64,000 bases of DNA from Paecilomyces variotii (lineage: Eukaryota), in assembly GCA_004022145.1 (NCBI GenBank), contig RCNU01000022.1. One strand, written 5' to 3'. A program made the translations under genes and the position numbers. Below the pieces are notes generated by a model that saw nothing but the letters and a program-made list of their open reading frames with translations, made no database searches and was not told the origin of the DNA. Shown one piece after another: positions 12,930 through 29,552 of the stretch. The first letter of the stretch is position 1. Each line of letters begins with the position of its first letter.

Positions 12930-15122
12930 CTAATCTATTAAAATTAATACTTAGAATCTCTTAAATAAATAATATATTTTCTTTTTATCTTTTAATATAT
13001 AAAATTATCTAACTCTATTATTATTATAGTCTACTTATAATTTCTTAAAATAGGGAAATAGTATATTTCTTATTTACTTTATTTAACTAAGACTATTTAA
13101 ACTATTTAAAAAAGCCTTAGCTAAATACTCTTTAGAGGTTTATATTAGGTTATAAATATATAGTCCTTTTAATATTTTTATAAAATATAGAATCTTAATA
13201 TTTAATCCTTATAGATAAGAGGGTAAGCTCTCTATATTACCCTATTAAAATTAGTTAAGACTAAGTATAAAATAATAATAAATAAATTTTATATATATAT
13301 TATTAAGATTATATAAAAAGGCCTTATATACTTATTTTTAATAGGAGATTTATTCTATATTATAGTTTTTAATACTATTAAATACTAGGATAAGGCTATA
13401 AATAACTTAAAATATATTATGTTTAAGATAGAGAAAACTGCTATTATATTAATTATTCTAAGTTTAAAAATAAGATTTTTAAAAAAGTAATTGCCTAAAT
13501 AGTTATTATAAGTTTTAGGGATATTATTAATAATATAGTAGATGCTATAATAAGATTAATTACTAATTTATAGCTAAACCTCTTAGTCTATATTAGTTAA
13601 AGTTTATAATATTTTTAGTCTTAAAGAGAGGAGTATATAATAGCTAATTTATAGTCTATTTCTATAGCTTATCTCTATAGTATAATAAATATATTATAAT
13701 AAATAGATAGACTTATCTTTTTATAAATAAGTTAATCTGCTATTTATTATTTTTATAAATAAAGAGATTACTTATTAATTAATTACACTAAATCTATAGA
13801 TTATATATTAAATAAAGATAAAAAGAGTTTAATAAAATATATTATCCCTACTATTAGCAATTTAAAAATAGATATAAATATAAATAATATAGAAGATAAA
13901 GGATAGAAGTCTAAATTAAAGCAGAAGTATAAGAAGAGGCTAGCTAATATATCTAATAATAAAAAAAAGATTAAATTAATTAATAAAGGATTAGGGTATT
14001 AAAAAAAAGAGAATTAAGACTTCTTATAATATTGCTATTATATTATCTAATACTATTAAAGATTTTAAAGGCCTTATATTATTTTTTATTAAATTAAAGA
14101 AAGAATAATTATCTTTAAGAAAGAAGATATAATATAATTAGCAATACTTATTATTATAATTATACTAGAAGTAAAGAATTATTAAATACTTAATACTAAG
14201 TATGAATTTATAAAGGCTTATTTATATATATATTATTATATCTCTATTTATTTTCTCTCCTTATTTTATTAGTTTCTTTTTTTTTTTATTTTTTTAAGAT
14301 TATATATTAATCTAAACAATAAATACTAGTTTTATATAGTATATTAAGGCCACAATTATATTAGCAGTAATTAGATTAGTATAGTACTTGATTATTAAGT
14401 TTCTCTCTTTTTAAGCAGTTGTATTGCAAGTTGCAGAATATATATATACAGTAAGACTACAGAGTTTAGAAGTCCACAAAATCAATCAACCTTTCCGCAC
14501 AGGAAATCAAATAACTAAATGCATAGGATAAAGCTCCCGGACGAAGTAGTCTTAAGGAGATACGTCACGTTTATAAGCGAGTCATTTTAAGGTCTCGAGT
14601 CTATTGTAAGCTGCGGGTACGAAGGGCAAGGTTCTATTGTCCTGCTGTCTTGTTCTTCGGGCCTTCTCCCGTATTCTAAAGGTATGTGTGCTGTGAGTTA
14701 TTGTCAATAATGTAAGGCAATCACAATAGATATTGTATACAGACTGTCCCGAGTCATCCTTCTATTTGCTAGGTAGGCGCTGTACGTACATATGTGCATG
14801 CGTCGATGAAAATCAGACAAGAACCGAGGGCGATGACAGGGACAGGAAAGAAAAGATACAGAAGAATAGAGATGGCAACTAAAAATATCTACGGTAGAAA
14901 TAACTCGCTTTAACAAGGTTGAGAGCGAGGACAGAATCGTGTAGGTAAAGCGAACCGCTAGGTATGGACATCCAATGCAATGAATGGTATCTGAAAACGC
15001 CGGCTGATGCATGAGATGCTTCCTTTCGATCATCATGATGCAAACAAATCCCCAAACAGCGGCCATGACCTGGACCACTAGGGATGATTGTGAAAGAAAT
15101 CGGACATCTTCTCCGGCCATAC

Positions 15123-18100
15123 TTATAGTTGAATAAGATCGACCTCCGAAAAGTCCGGGGGGCTACGACTGAATATTGTGCGGCCCTTTCCGTCCAGGGC
15201 TTGGTATTCGTTACTGATCCAGATGTGCTTGCTGAATCGCTGCGTACGGTAGATCTCGTCGTCGCTGACACCAAGATCATCCCGGGGAATCCAAATGACA
15301 GGGCGTTTGGCCCGCAAAGCCTCGTGTTGGAACGCGCGCTGTACCAACTGATCACGCTCGTCGGGAGTCAGATCCTCCAGCTCGTCGTGAATGCCAGAGA
15401 ACAGCGCCTGGCCAATCCTGTTGGTTGGGGGAGCTTGGGCTTCCTGGTCTTCAGCTAACTTTTCACGCATACGCCGAATTGTAGGCATTGTGGTGTCTGA
15501 ATTCGCGGCAAAGTATTTCGAGCGTCGGTTGCGATTGTTCGTTCGATCTGCCCATGTTTGACGATGGATGAACTTGGTGGCATCACCTAGCTTGTCGATT
15601 GTCTTGTCCACCGTCTTGGCAATCGAGCTTCCACGATTATGCTTCCGTTTTTGCTTCTCTGCCTCGATCTCTTTCATCTCGATCTCTTGTGCTCGTTCGT
15701 TCTCTTCGCGCTCTGCTCGCTCGCGGTCTGCCAGTTCATGCTCTATGCTTTCACGCTGCTCATCTTCATCGTCATCAGCGGGCATGCCGAGCCTGATCCT
15801 CTGTGCCCTAGCAAATTCTTCGTCTCGGCGGACGGCGTCATCTTCCAGGGTGATGGGAAGATAGCGAATAAGAGGATGAAAGGCTTCGTTAAAGAGATAC
15901 TGGAAGCCGACAGTGAGAACCATGACGACAATCATGCAAATGGCTTGACCATCGCAAGCAACGTCACCGTTCGCGTCCCGGACCAAGAAGAACATGCCAA
16001 TCAAGGAAAGCTCCATGACGTAGATACCGGTAAAGAGCTGATTGATGGCTTTGGGGAAAAGCAGACCACCAGTATCGAAACGGAACTTGGTCACATAGAG
16101 GGTGTTATATCTATACACGAACCAGAACAGGCTGAAGGTGATTACGTTGAACACCAGGATGAGGGGTGCAATAACGCAATAGATCAAACCTATCAGCAGA
16201 TCAGAGTTGAGGCCACAGAGTATTTTAATAGCAGAGGCACTCACCGATGGAAGCAAGGGTCGTGTAGACAGGGAAGAAAGTGCCCCATTGCATCTGGTTT
16301 AAGTTCGTCGTCCGAGCCCATTTCATCCTGGCCGTGTTATCCAGTATGGGTGCCAAGATGAACCAACTGATCAGATTCCAGATCTGTACCAGTGCACCAG
16401 CACTAACGGACAAGGCTTGCAGAATCATGTAAGAAAAGAAATAGTTGCTGGACTTGGGGATATTCTCGGCCAGGAGATTTGGCCAGCTAGTAATGTCTGT
16501 CAGGGAATTAAAGATGGTCGAAAAACTGGATGCGACAGCTACGACCAAGAACAGTTGCACAAAGAGAAAGGCAAAGTAATAATTCTGGACAGTCAGTTCA
16601 ACAGCCATGCCTGTGTGGACTCCTTGTGTCTTTGAAAGGAACCGCAGCATGATGGGGAGTATAGCCATAAGGATGGCAAGGAAAAGAGGAGGCAGAATAC
16701 CCTGGATAGCAGAGAGAAACCAGTTCGGGAGCTTGCTGAGCCAAGCGAGCCAGGGGACTCGCCCTTCGAGATATGCGAGTTGAGATAGCAGACCAGTAAA
16801 CGCAACCGGGAACGCCCATCCGACAACCATCGCGCAGACGATGATAATTACACCAAACGTCCGCAGATACCGCTCCCACCACTTGATTGACATGTTATCC
16901 CAGATGACATCGTCAGGTGAAATCTCGACGATACGAGGCGCCATTTGCTTCGGAATGTGGTGACTGACGGCTTGACAGGCCATGTGAGCAGCGACTTGAT
17001 GATTAAACTGGATGAAGGCCGAATTCATCAACGGGAACTTCTCCGGCTCCTGCTGGTCCATTTCGATTTCCAGGTTCAGGCGTGCGACCTCTTTCCGGCA
17101 GTAATTTATCGTGTCGACTTTCTTTCCCACCAGAGGCAGCGAGGGCATCCAACTAAGACCGAAGATGGGCAACCGCATCGTCTCCCGATCTTTTTCCTTG
17201 ATATACTTCTTCCACAACGGCTCCCCATAGTCACCGTCCTCAAATTCTTCGTTGTACGCAATTGGATACTCCTGTCCTTCCACTTGATCTCCCTCCCTCG
17301 CGTTACCGTCAGCGGCCGTCTTTATCTCCTGCTGCATCTCCCGCGATTCCCGTTTTCTCTCCGAGTCCATGGTGCTTCTCGGGGATTCAGGGGCCGTCAA
17401 AGGCTGCTCGTCCCCGTGAGGGTCTGGTGCCGTTTTAGCGCTGCGCTTGGAGGTGTTGGATGAGTTCCGCTTCCAAAACGGCCTTCCACCGTCCGAGTAT
17501 GACCTCTGCCTCTCAGACTCGTGAGGCTTGTCTGCATCGAACGGCTGGCGTTCTGCTGCGCTGTTGCTGGCAGTCGCCGCACGACGTTCAGCGCTGGGGG
17601 TTCGATGGAAATGATAGCCGGGTCCTACGCCATCGCCAATCGCATCGTCCTGGGTTTCCTCGTCCGGTCCTGTCGTTATATCGGGAACAAACCCATTCAT
17701 TCTCGCTAGTTTCTCATCCAGCCCTCCCTCGACCTTCCTCGCTTCACCAAAGACCGCCTGGCCAACTTTCCCGACACCGTGGCCGACTGCATCAAAACCA
17801 TTTCCTACAACAGGCATGAAACCACGCTTTTGTCGCGAGTCTCCTGTGGCGAGGCGCGAGGTCGATTCGCCCGCCAGCGCATCGTCGATGGTGTGGGCTA
17901 CCTGATGCGGATTGCCCGAGCTCACGCCAGCATCCATTGCCAGATGAGAAGCTCGTCGATTAGCTGCCTCTTGCTCCCGATTTGCCACCTCCTTGACACT
18001 CTTTCCTGCCTTCTTTGCTTCCACCTTGGCCATCTTGATCTGAGCTTTTTTGCATTTCTTGATCAATGCGGTCTCCGCATCCTCCAACGCCAAGGCAAGT

Positions 18101-18964
18101 TGGTTTCGCAATTTAACCTTCTCGCTCAGTTCGTCGAAGTTCCGGTTGATCCAGATGTTACGAATCCCACCGGGGAAAACATCAAATAACGAGTCCAGCA
18201 TCTCTACTGACAGCCAACGTTGTGGTATGGCAGTGACCAAGACAGTCGTTGCCGACGCTCGCAGACGATGTTGGGGGGATGTCAAATAGGCCTGTCGTAG
18301 ACGTATATAGCCACGCATTTCGTCGAAGAAGACCGCGCACACGTAGATCACGACGATAACGGCCAGGACGAGATGAGCCCAATATCGGTGTGTATGATGC
18401 GGGTCGACGTTACCCCATGCCAGCTGATCCAGCCCGGTGACATTCCACCGGGTACTGTTCACGGAGTTGGGATTCTCAAGGTTCTGATCTCTCCCGCCAA
18501 CCTTGTTCAATGGTATCAGGATGGGGAGCAGCAGAATGGCCAGCGGCACGAATATCTTGAGCAGCATGCGGAGATAGCGCAGGAAGAAGAAAGCGTCCAG
18601 GCCGCATTTTTGGATAAACTCCGAATTGCTTGTGCCAAACACGGGGGCTATCCATCGTACCAGGCCTGGGGGTGAAGGCCGCGTCCGCTCTCGATCCGGA
18701 ACCAGGTACGTTCGTGGTTGACTGTGTAAGAGCTCTTGGTCAGCTACTCCCTCCCTGCATCTTCAGCAAGCGGATACGGTCAATGAACACTTACTAGATA
18801 CGGGTCAGCTTCCCCTTGAGGAACAAGAAGAGCAGGAACTCTATCGCGAAGACGATAATACCAGTGGCCAAGGAAGCTACAAAAGTCGTGATAGAGATTC
18901 CCTGCTTGCGCTGTCCGGCACCACTGACGTCGTTCAAGGCGCTGCCCAGGTCCCCTCCCGCCAT
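15123..18964 (-). CDS. OSCA/TMEM63 (CSC1/RSN1/PHM7, DUF221) family channel
   Basis: Three exons (18964-18795, 18721-16245, 16189-15123). N-term MAGGDLGSAL...RIYQPRTYL; motifs GLDAFFFLRYL, SAFIQF, PDDVIWDN, DTGGLLFPKAINQLFTG, WIPRDDLGVS. Confidence 0.92.
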
Positions 18965-20018
18965 CTTGAGCTGGCTCCTAGGTCATTTAAAGGTCCTCCT
19001 GCGGGGGGAGGGATCACTGCAGAATAGTCCAATGGTCTCTGGTTAACCTAAAACGGGTGTCCCTCGCAGAAACCTGTCCAAATTTGATAAAGATAGTCTC
19101 TAAGGAGCGATGCGGAGGTGAAACGGTGAAACGGTTTGGTGAAGAGGGTCTAGACGATCTGCTATAGCCCCGGCATGGGTCGATCTCGACTATGCGTCCA
19201 CGAATAGGGCCGGTCTGTCGTTGTTCAATTTGGCTGGGAAACCGATGCTGGTCCTCGTGGACGAAGAAGTCTCCGGGGTGGATCTGGTTTTTAAGAAATA
19301 GCCCTGGCTGCCAACATGCGCCGTGCTTCAAAGGTGAATACCCAAGATTTCATGACAACAGTGGCTCAACGAACGAGAACAGTTGGCGCCGGTGATCAAC
19401 AACGATAGAGTCGCTTCCGCTTTTCATTCGCTCCCTGACCGGTATCGAGCGCTCGCCGGCCGGTTTGACTTTGGAGCTTCTTGGATCGGTCGGGGGTAGC
19501 TAGTTAACCGTAATCTAGCTAGAATGATGGGATGACATCAAGCGCCTGCTGAAACGCCGGATTGTGGCGCTGGGCTGGCTATTTGTTTCGCTTGGGCGAG
19601 CAGCACAGGCCACTATAGGACGCCAGAAAGCGACGCCAAACATTAGCAGATGCCAAAGCCCGCCGGGCAAACGGTAATACGGGGGCGTCCATTGACAGCA
19701 AACTTTGTGGCATACTCTCTGTGACAGCTAAAACAAAGAGAGCGCTGTGAATTGCTGTCAAGAACCACCACCACCAGGGAAACAAAGTAACAGCTCCTTT
19801 GTTAGAGACTTAGAGACAGACATCGTTACTCGCCCAAGATTGAGATTGAGATTGCCCAATGATCGACTTTCCATCGCGCCAGGAGGGGATTCTGCCCCCT
19901 GATTGGACAGAAGCATCCAGGGGTCACATGGAGTGGCTTGCCTCTGGTGGCGGTGCAAGAACCATGTGGTGCGCCACAGACTGCACGTGATACAACATCA
20001 TGTGACTGTCTGACCGGA

Positions 20019-20075
20019 ACGCGTGTTCCCAAAGAGGAAGTACTTTACACGCTTCCTCACGCGTTCCCGACGCGT
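20019..20075. promoter_or_regulatory. MCB box triplet plus Mcm1/ECB-like site upstream of MCM4
   Basis: ACGCGT at 20019-20024, 20059-20064 and 20070-20075; TTCC-CAAAGA-GGAA at 20026-20039; 125-180 bp upstream of the ATG. Confidence 0.7.
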
Positions 20076-20200
20076 TGCCCAGCAGAACTCCACCGCTCTC
20101 CCTCGCTGCACCGAGATGATTATTTTGCCTTCGCAGGACCTCATTCTTCCCCTCCACCACCCTCACCCCGCCCATAACCACACTTCCAGGCGGCCACAAC

Positions 20201-23200
20201 ATGTCTTCTCCGGCTTCAAATCGTCGTCGAGGGCAGTCCGCCAGGGACTCGGCCACCGCATCGCCTGCCCGCTCAACACGCTCCCAGCAGCAGCCCCCCT
20301 CCAGCAGCCCTGCGCCTGCCGCAATGGATAATCAGTCGCAGACGGCCACACCACGGGCCTCAAGGCGCCTGAGAGAAGAGGCAGCTGTGCAGTCTTCCTC
20401 TCCGATGTTCTATCGATCGTCCTCGCCGCCCGGAGGGACCCAGCAGTCGAACGGGTCCAGAATGGAGCCTAGTTCCCCAGTCAGGGCATCATCGAATGCG
20501 GACGATGGAGAAGCCACCCCTCGAGGCAACAGACAGGCAATGAGAGGTAAGAGAGGCTAGAACAATGTTCATGTAGTGACGGGAACACAAAAGACTGACA
20601 GAAGACTAGATTCGTCTCCAATCCGGTACATGTCCAGTTCCAGCCCGACACGGGCCAGCAACCGTCGAGAGCCACGCTCCGATATCCCCAGCAGCAGCAG
20701 TGGCCTATTCGTGCGTTCCACGAGGTCAGGCTTTTCTGCATATCAGCCGGCTCCCGCGCGACGCGGAGACATTCATTCAGACGCTTTCGGCTCCACGCCG
20801 AACCGTCGTCGTAGGCTCTTCGTGGACGCCAATGGTATGCCTGTCGCGGATGGCGAACCTCGTTCCGATGCGACCTTCTCCAACGTCCACCCGGGCACAT
20901 CAGAGGCGGAGGCGCTGGGTGGTAACTCCACCCGTGTCATCTGGGGAACAAACATCTCCATCCAGGATTCCATGTCCGCCTTTAAGAACTTCCTGTACAA
21001 CTACGCCAGGAAGTACCGTCTCTGGGCGGATGGTATGACGGAAGATCAGACCCGCGAAATGGGTCCGGCGGCAGAAGAGAGGGAGTATATCACCATGCTG
21101 AACAATATGCGTCAGCTCGGCGTGACGGGTCTCAACCTAGATGCCAAAAACCTCAAGGCCTATCCGTCGACGTTGAAGCTGTGGCATCAGCTCCATGCCT
21201 ATCCTCAAGAAATCATCCCGTTGATGGATCAGACGGTTAAGGATGTGATGGTCGAGCTTGCCGAGAAGGAGATGGAGAGCATCATGGCACGGGGCCAACG
21301 GAACCACCCTCATGCCAGAGACAACAGCTCTGCTCCTCCAGCACCTAGTTCAGATGCCCTGATGAGCGATGCTGGCAGGGCTCCGCCAGCGGAGATCCCC
21401 GACCTGGTAGCAGAGGTCGAGAGCAAGACATTCAAGGTGCTACCATTTGGTCTGGACAAGACCGTGAACATGAGAGATCTCGATCCAGCTGGTGAGTGGC
21501 AACCATTGATAGTCGCCTGGACTCTTGCTAATGTCAATAGATATGGACAAGTTGATCAGCATTAAGGGTCTTGTTATCCGGACAACGCCGGTTATTCCTG
21601 ATATGAAAGAAGGTAGGTGTTCCTCCGCGGATATCAATATACGGATGTTCACCTAAGGCTAACGCCCGACGCAGCATATTTCCGGTGCCAAACATGCGGT
21701 CACAGCGTCAAAGTCGATATTGACCGCGGAAAGATCGCGGAGCCTACCGTCTGTCCCCGACCGGTGTGTGCAGACAAAAACACGATGGAACTTGTCCACA
21801 ACCGCTGTGTCTTTGCGGACAAACAGGTCATCAAGCTCCAGGAGACTCCAGACTCTGTACCGGATGGCCAAACGCCTCACTCGGTCTCGCTTTGCGCGTA
21901 CGATGAGCTTGTGGATGTTTGTAAAGCCGGTGATCGTATCGAAGTGACGGGTATCTTCCGATGCAACCCTGTGCGCGTCAATCCCCGACAGCGCACGCAA
22001 AAAGCACTCTTCAAGACCTATGTCGACGTCTTGCATGTCCAAAAGGTTGATCGCAAGAAGTTGGGAATCGACGTGTCCACTGTTGAGCAGGAGTTGGCTG
22101 AGCAAGCCGCGGGAGATACGGAGCAGGTCCGCAAGATCACGGCGGAAGAAGAACAAAAGATCAAGGATACGGCTGCCCGTCCGGACGTCTATGAACTCCT
22201 CGCTCGCTCGCTCGCCCCGAGTATCTATGAGATGGATGACGTGAAGAAGGGCATTCTGCTCCAGCTCTTTGGAGGCACAAACAAGACCTTCGAGAAAGGC
22301 GGGAACCCTCGGTACAGAGGAGACATCAACGTCCTCCTCTGCGGTGATCCTTCTACGTCCAAGTCACAGCTTCTTAGATACGTTCACAAGATTGCGCCCC
22401 GAGGTGTCTATACCAGCGGCAAAGGTTCATCGGCCGTCGGTCTGACGGCTTATGTGACACGCGACCCGGAGACGCGTCAACTTGTGCTGGAGTCAGGTGC
22501 TCTTGTCCTTTCAGATGGCGGTGTCTGCTGCATTGACGAGTTTGACAAGATGAACGAGTCGACCCGGTCCGTCCTGCACGAAGTGATGGAGCAGCAAACC
22601 GTGTCCATCGCCAAGGCTGGTATCATCACCACGCTCAATGCCAGAACGAGTATTCTTGCTTCGGCCAATCCAATCGGCAGCAAGTATAACCCGAACCTCC
22701 CAGTGCCCCAGAACATCGATCTGCCTCCGACCCTGCTTTCCAGATTCGACCTTGTCTATCTGGTGCTGGATCGGGTTGATGAGCAAGAGGATCGCCGACT
22801 TGCCAAGCATCTGGTTGGCATGTATCTGGAAGACAAGCCAGAGAACGCGAGTCGCGACGAGATTCTGGTAAGTCTAAAAATCCGCTCGTCTTATCCATTT
22901 GATGCTTTTCTCACTGACGACTTGAATTGCAGCCCATCGAATTCCTTACGTCTTACATCACCTATGCCAAGACCCGCGTCCATCCGGTCCTGACACCCGC
23001 TGCTGGTAAGGCTCTAACGGATGCTTATGTTGCGATGCGCAAGTTGGGCGATGACATCCGCTCCCATGAGCGCCGAATTACTGCCACCACCCGTCAGCTG
23101 GAGTCCATGATTCGATTGTCTGAAGCACACGCGCGGATGCGTCTGTCCCCCGAGGTCACGGCTGATGATGTGGAGGAGGCCGTCCGATTGATCCGCTCCG

Positions 23201-23520
23201 CCCTGAAGCAAGCTGCAACCGACGCGCGCACAGGACTGATCGATATGGGCTTATTGACGGAGGGTACTAGTGCAAGTGAGCGCCGCAATCGCGAGAACAT
23301 GAAGCGCAATATCCTCCGAGTCGTCGAGGAGATCGGTGGCAGCGGCGGTACGGCCCGCTGGGCTGAGGCCTACCGAAAGCTCGGTGAGCAAAGCAGCATT
23401 GAGGTGGACGGCGGCGAGTTCGCAGATGCCGTGCGAGCACTGGAGACCGAGGGACTAGTCAACGTTCTCGGGGAGGGTGCCCGGAGAAGCATTCGCCGTG
23501 TGGCGGGTACATTTTTGTAA
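20201..23520 (+). CDS. MCM4: DNA replication licensing factor MCM4
   Basis: Five exons; S/P-rich N-terminus, [11 protein letters not shown], Zn finger CQTC...CPRPVC, Walker [17 protein letters not shown], arginine finger [20 protein letters not shown]. Confidence 0.97.
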
Positions 23521-25581
23521 TCATCTTCTATTGCTTTGATTTTACTAGTGCTTCAGGACTTCAGCGGAGAGGAAGAGTCAGATTTCTGTGTACGGTTCAC
23601 AGACGTACTCTTGATGATGAAATTAATGTTGATGCTGATATAACAACCAAAGCAAACGTGGAATGCGGGACGGGAACGGGAGGGTCGGATGATCCGGGAT
23701 GGTGTTGTGTGATTTACCCTTGCTTATCATGTCCCTGCCGATTCTTACCATCTTGTCTCTTTCTCGGTGGAGTTTGAGGTGTTGATAATCATATCCCAGT
23801 TTGTTGTTCAACATGTCTATTCTGAATCTATTCATTGTTTTTAGAGATCTGGTATAACATAGTTATATGACATTTACATGCAGATTCCAGATCCAAAAAA
23901 CACATAAAGCACCCGATAGGTTGTCTGCATACGCTATGACCTGCCCCGTAGATCTTTGATCTATATTTTAAGTTATCTGATTATCACAATTGATCCGAGT
24001 TATCGATCTAAGAGAGGGAGAGAGAGCCTTTACATGGTAGTCCTAGACCTAAAACTGGTTATAGACGATAAGTTATTATCAAAGGATATTATTGTCATTG
24101 ATTATTATTTTACTCTGATGCCTTAGCTATCCTTGTTTAATCTCATGTGCGTTTGCACTTAATAATAGTCAAGGTCAAAGCGACTGACAAGTATTAGTTA
24201 GTATGTATTGCACACTGTAGTTATTTTCCCTTTCTACTATTGCAAACAAGAACAAGTAAATGATGGAAACTAACAGGGAATAAAGAAGCTTCGTGTTTAT
24301 GTAGTACTACTGTTAACTAATATTAATCGAGAACAGAGTAAATGTTAATATGATATGATAGACACGAAGAATAATAACTGACCGACTCGGCTCTTTCTAT
24401 CATCGTCATCTATCAGCGTAAAAGTAGCGAGGGCGGACCCGGTAGTACATACCATAGTGGGTTCGATTCGGTCGAGAGGCGATGTCCATTGTCTAGTCTC
24501 CCGCATAGTGGATAAGTGAGTAAGTGGGACATCCTTTTTTTTGTTTTTATCCCGTCTAATTAATAATGTCATGCTCACTTACGCTTATTTGCTCATTTAC
24601 GGGAACAAGGTTTTGCATATAGACGGCCATTCTGGGATCTCGATTTAGTATTATTAGTTAAGAGTCCTTTGTTGTATGGTAGTTGGTATGGTTCTATATT
24701 ATTCTTCCCTATGGTATCTAAGACTTTCGCGCCCGATTACAGTAAGCCAGGGCCGAGAACCGCCCTGTGGGTAGTTTTAAATATTATTTTTTTTGGCCTC
24801 TGCGAGAGCTTTTTGTGTGAGATTTCTAGTGCCATTGCGGAATGCTATCGATTGGTGTGGTCACTGTGGTGTGGCTGCTGGCTGCGCTTCTGGGTTCCGT
24901 TAATGCGCTGGGGCAGAATGGCTGGGAAGATCACACTGATCTTCCTCTTTAAATTTAATGTGAGGGTTTGTGTCACTGTCACCACTGGCCAGGTGTTCAG
25001 TGAGGAAGGAGATGGATGGGGTGATGTGCGCATCTCCAGTTCTCAACAGATCCAGGTACGGTCGCGAGCATTTCTGAAGCTACGTAGTATTCTTGTTATT
25101 ATTCTTCTTCTTCCACAGTCGACTTACGTAGCTCAACCGTGGCTGCGAATGTTTAAGCTCCCTTAGCGAGTCGAGCAGGAAAAGCCACCTGGTAGAGAGG
25201 GGCGAATGAAAGAGTCGGGACAGCGAGCATGACGGCGGCAGGTGCAGTAGTGTAGAAGTAGAAGGAGATGGATAGTTCGACTCTGATATTTAGCCTAGTC
25301 TAGGGTCTGTTAGCACGACGGCAGCCGTCAGGGAGAAAAAGAGCAGGCCAGTTTGCTTGAGAGAGACAGACGGCATCTCGATCTCAGAGAGAGCAAGCGA
25401 TCGATCGATCGATCAGGGATTTCAGCGCGGTGTGGTCCGTATGTGGTCCAAGTCCTCTTAAGAATTATTTTAGATCGTAGGGAAATCAACGATCCCGGGC
25501 GAGTGAAACAGATGAAACAGATCTGGTCAGTTTCTCGACTACGGAGTAGTTAATAATTCGTAGTCTCGCCAGGGATGCGGA

Positions 25582-25587
25582 CACGTG
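25582..25587. promoter_or_regulatory. CACGTG box, candidate PHO-regulon (Pho4/NUC-1/PalcA-type) site
   Basis: Perfect CACGTG ~560 bp upstream of the VTC4 ATG; VTC4 is a PHO target in yeast. A single hexamer is weak evidence. Confidence 0.4.
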
Positions 25588-26146
25588 CGGTGATGAGTGG
25601 CTTCCGGTTGCGGTGAGGGAGCCGGAACAATCAGAATAGAAATAATTGATCAATTAATTGAGTTAGCACCTCCAGATGGCGACAAGAAAGACAAGAACAA
25701 GAATCGAATCGGTGGAGCAGGACATCTGCTGGTTTTCTCCCGCGGTTCCTTGACTCTGGCTGGTCGATCGAGTTGCCTTTTCCCCAGATATAACCAGGTA
25801 GATAGTCTACTTACTGCTCGCCCGCGGTTCCCTACTTAGCTAGCCAGGTCTGGTATGTACCTACGATCCACGAGTTAGTGATAACTGCACCTCTGCAACC
25901 TCCCCCCGCGCATCGATCGACTTTTCCCTACGATTCTTGCTCCTTCATTCCTCGCATCCCCTTGACATCTTTTCCCCCGTCTTTCCAGCAATTGGACCAT
26001 CGAGCTCTAGTTCCCCTCGAGCATCGACAGGGTACCGCTTCCCCAAGCTCGACCCAGGTACTCGCATTGCCGACGGAGGGGGGCGCCCACCTTTGTGACA
26101 AGACTCTTGCTCTCAGCACCGGAGCTGACTCGAGGGCGTGCCCAAT

Positions 26147-28871
<2,725 letters not shown>

Positions 28872-29552
28872 AATATATATATCTCTCTCTCTATAAGTAA
28901 TTCTTGTCAATGACTGATGTTTTGCTTTTTCTTTTTCTTAACGTCTTTCGACGAATGAAGTGAAGTCCCTTTCAGCTCTCAGTCTTGTACTCTATTTGGC
29001 AATATATCTCTATCTCACTTCAGGTGAGGGCTTCCATCGCATCATTCACATTATGTATACATATTTTTTTCTCTCTTCTCCCACTTTTTTTTCCCTTCGT
29101 TTTCTTTTTTTTTTTTCCTCCTCCCATTCATGCAGAATGTATGTACATATCGAACGAGGGGGGGGGGGGGGGGGAAGGAAACTATAAGCACAGCGGGGAA
29201 GATTATCTTTATTCTACTTTATGGATGAAAAGAGACTTGTCATGGATACGATAGGATTAAATGAAAATGAAATGAACTGAAATCGGAAGGAAATTTCCGA
29301 ATGAAATATTACTTTACTACCTAGTTAATTATTACGTACTCGAGTCCAGACTAACTAACTACGTAACTTACTATGTATGTATGTATATATGTATGTAGTT
29401 CATAATTGTTTCAGAGAGAGAGAGAATTTTCCATCATATCTGATTGATTGATTGATTTGACTGGCATCGAGAGAAAAAAAAAAAGAACTAACTAAAAAAA
29501 TAAATAAATAAATACATCTAGAGCTAATTGAGACGCTCTCTCTCTATTTCAT

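Larger units (their letters stand above)
1..14400. repeat. AT-rich block of RIP-degenerated transposon relics
   Basis: Very low GC, TpA saturation, near absence of CpA/TpG and CpG, essentially no ORFs; composition normalises over ~14,400-14,700. Confidence 0.95.

Noticed and set aside
24420..24480. tRNA-like GGTTCGATTC B-box word
   Set aside because: Flanks do not pair into a T stem and no cloverleaf can be drawn.
24669..25166. 165-aa ORF between MCM4 and VTC4
   Set aside because: Non-ATG start, no motif, composition unlike neighbouring exons.
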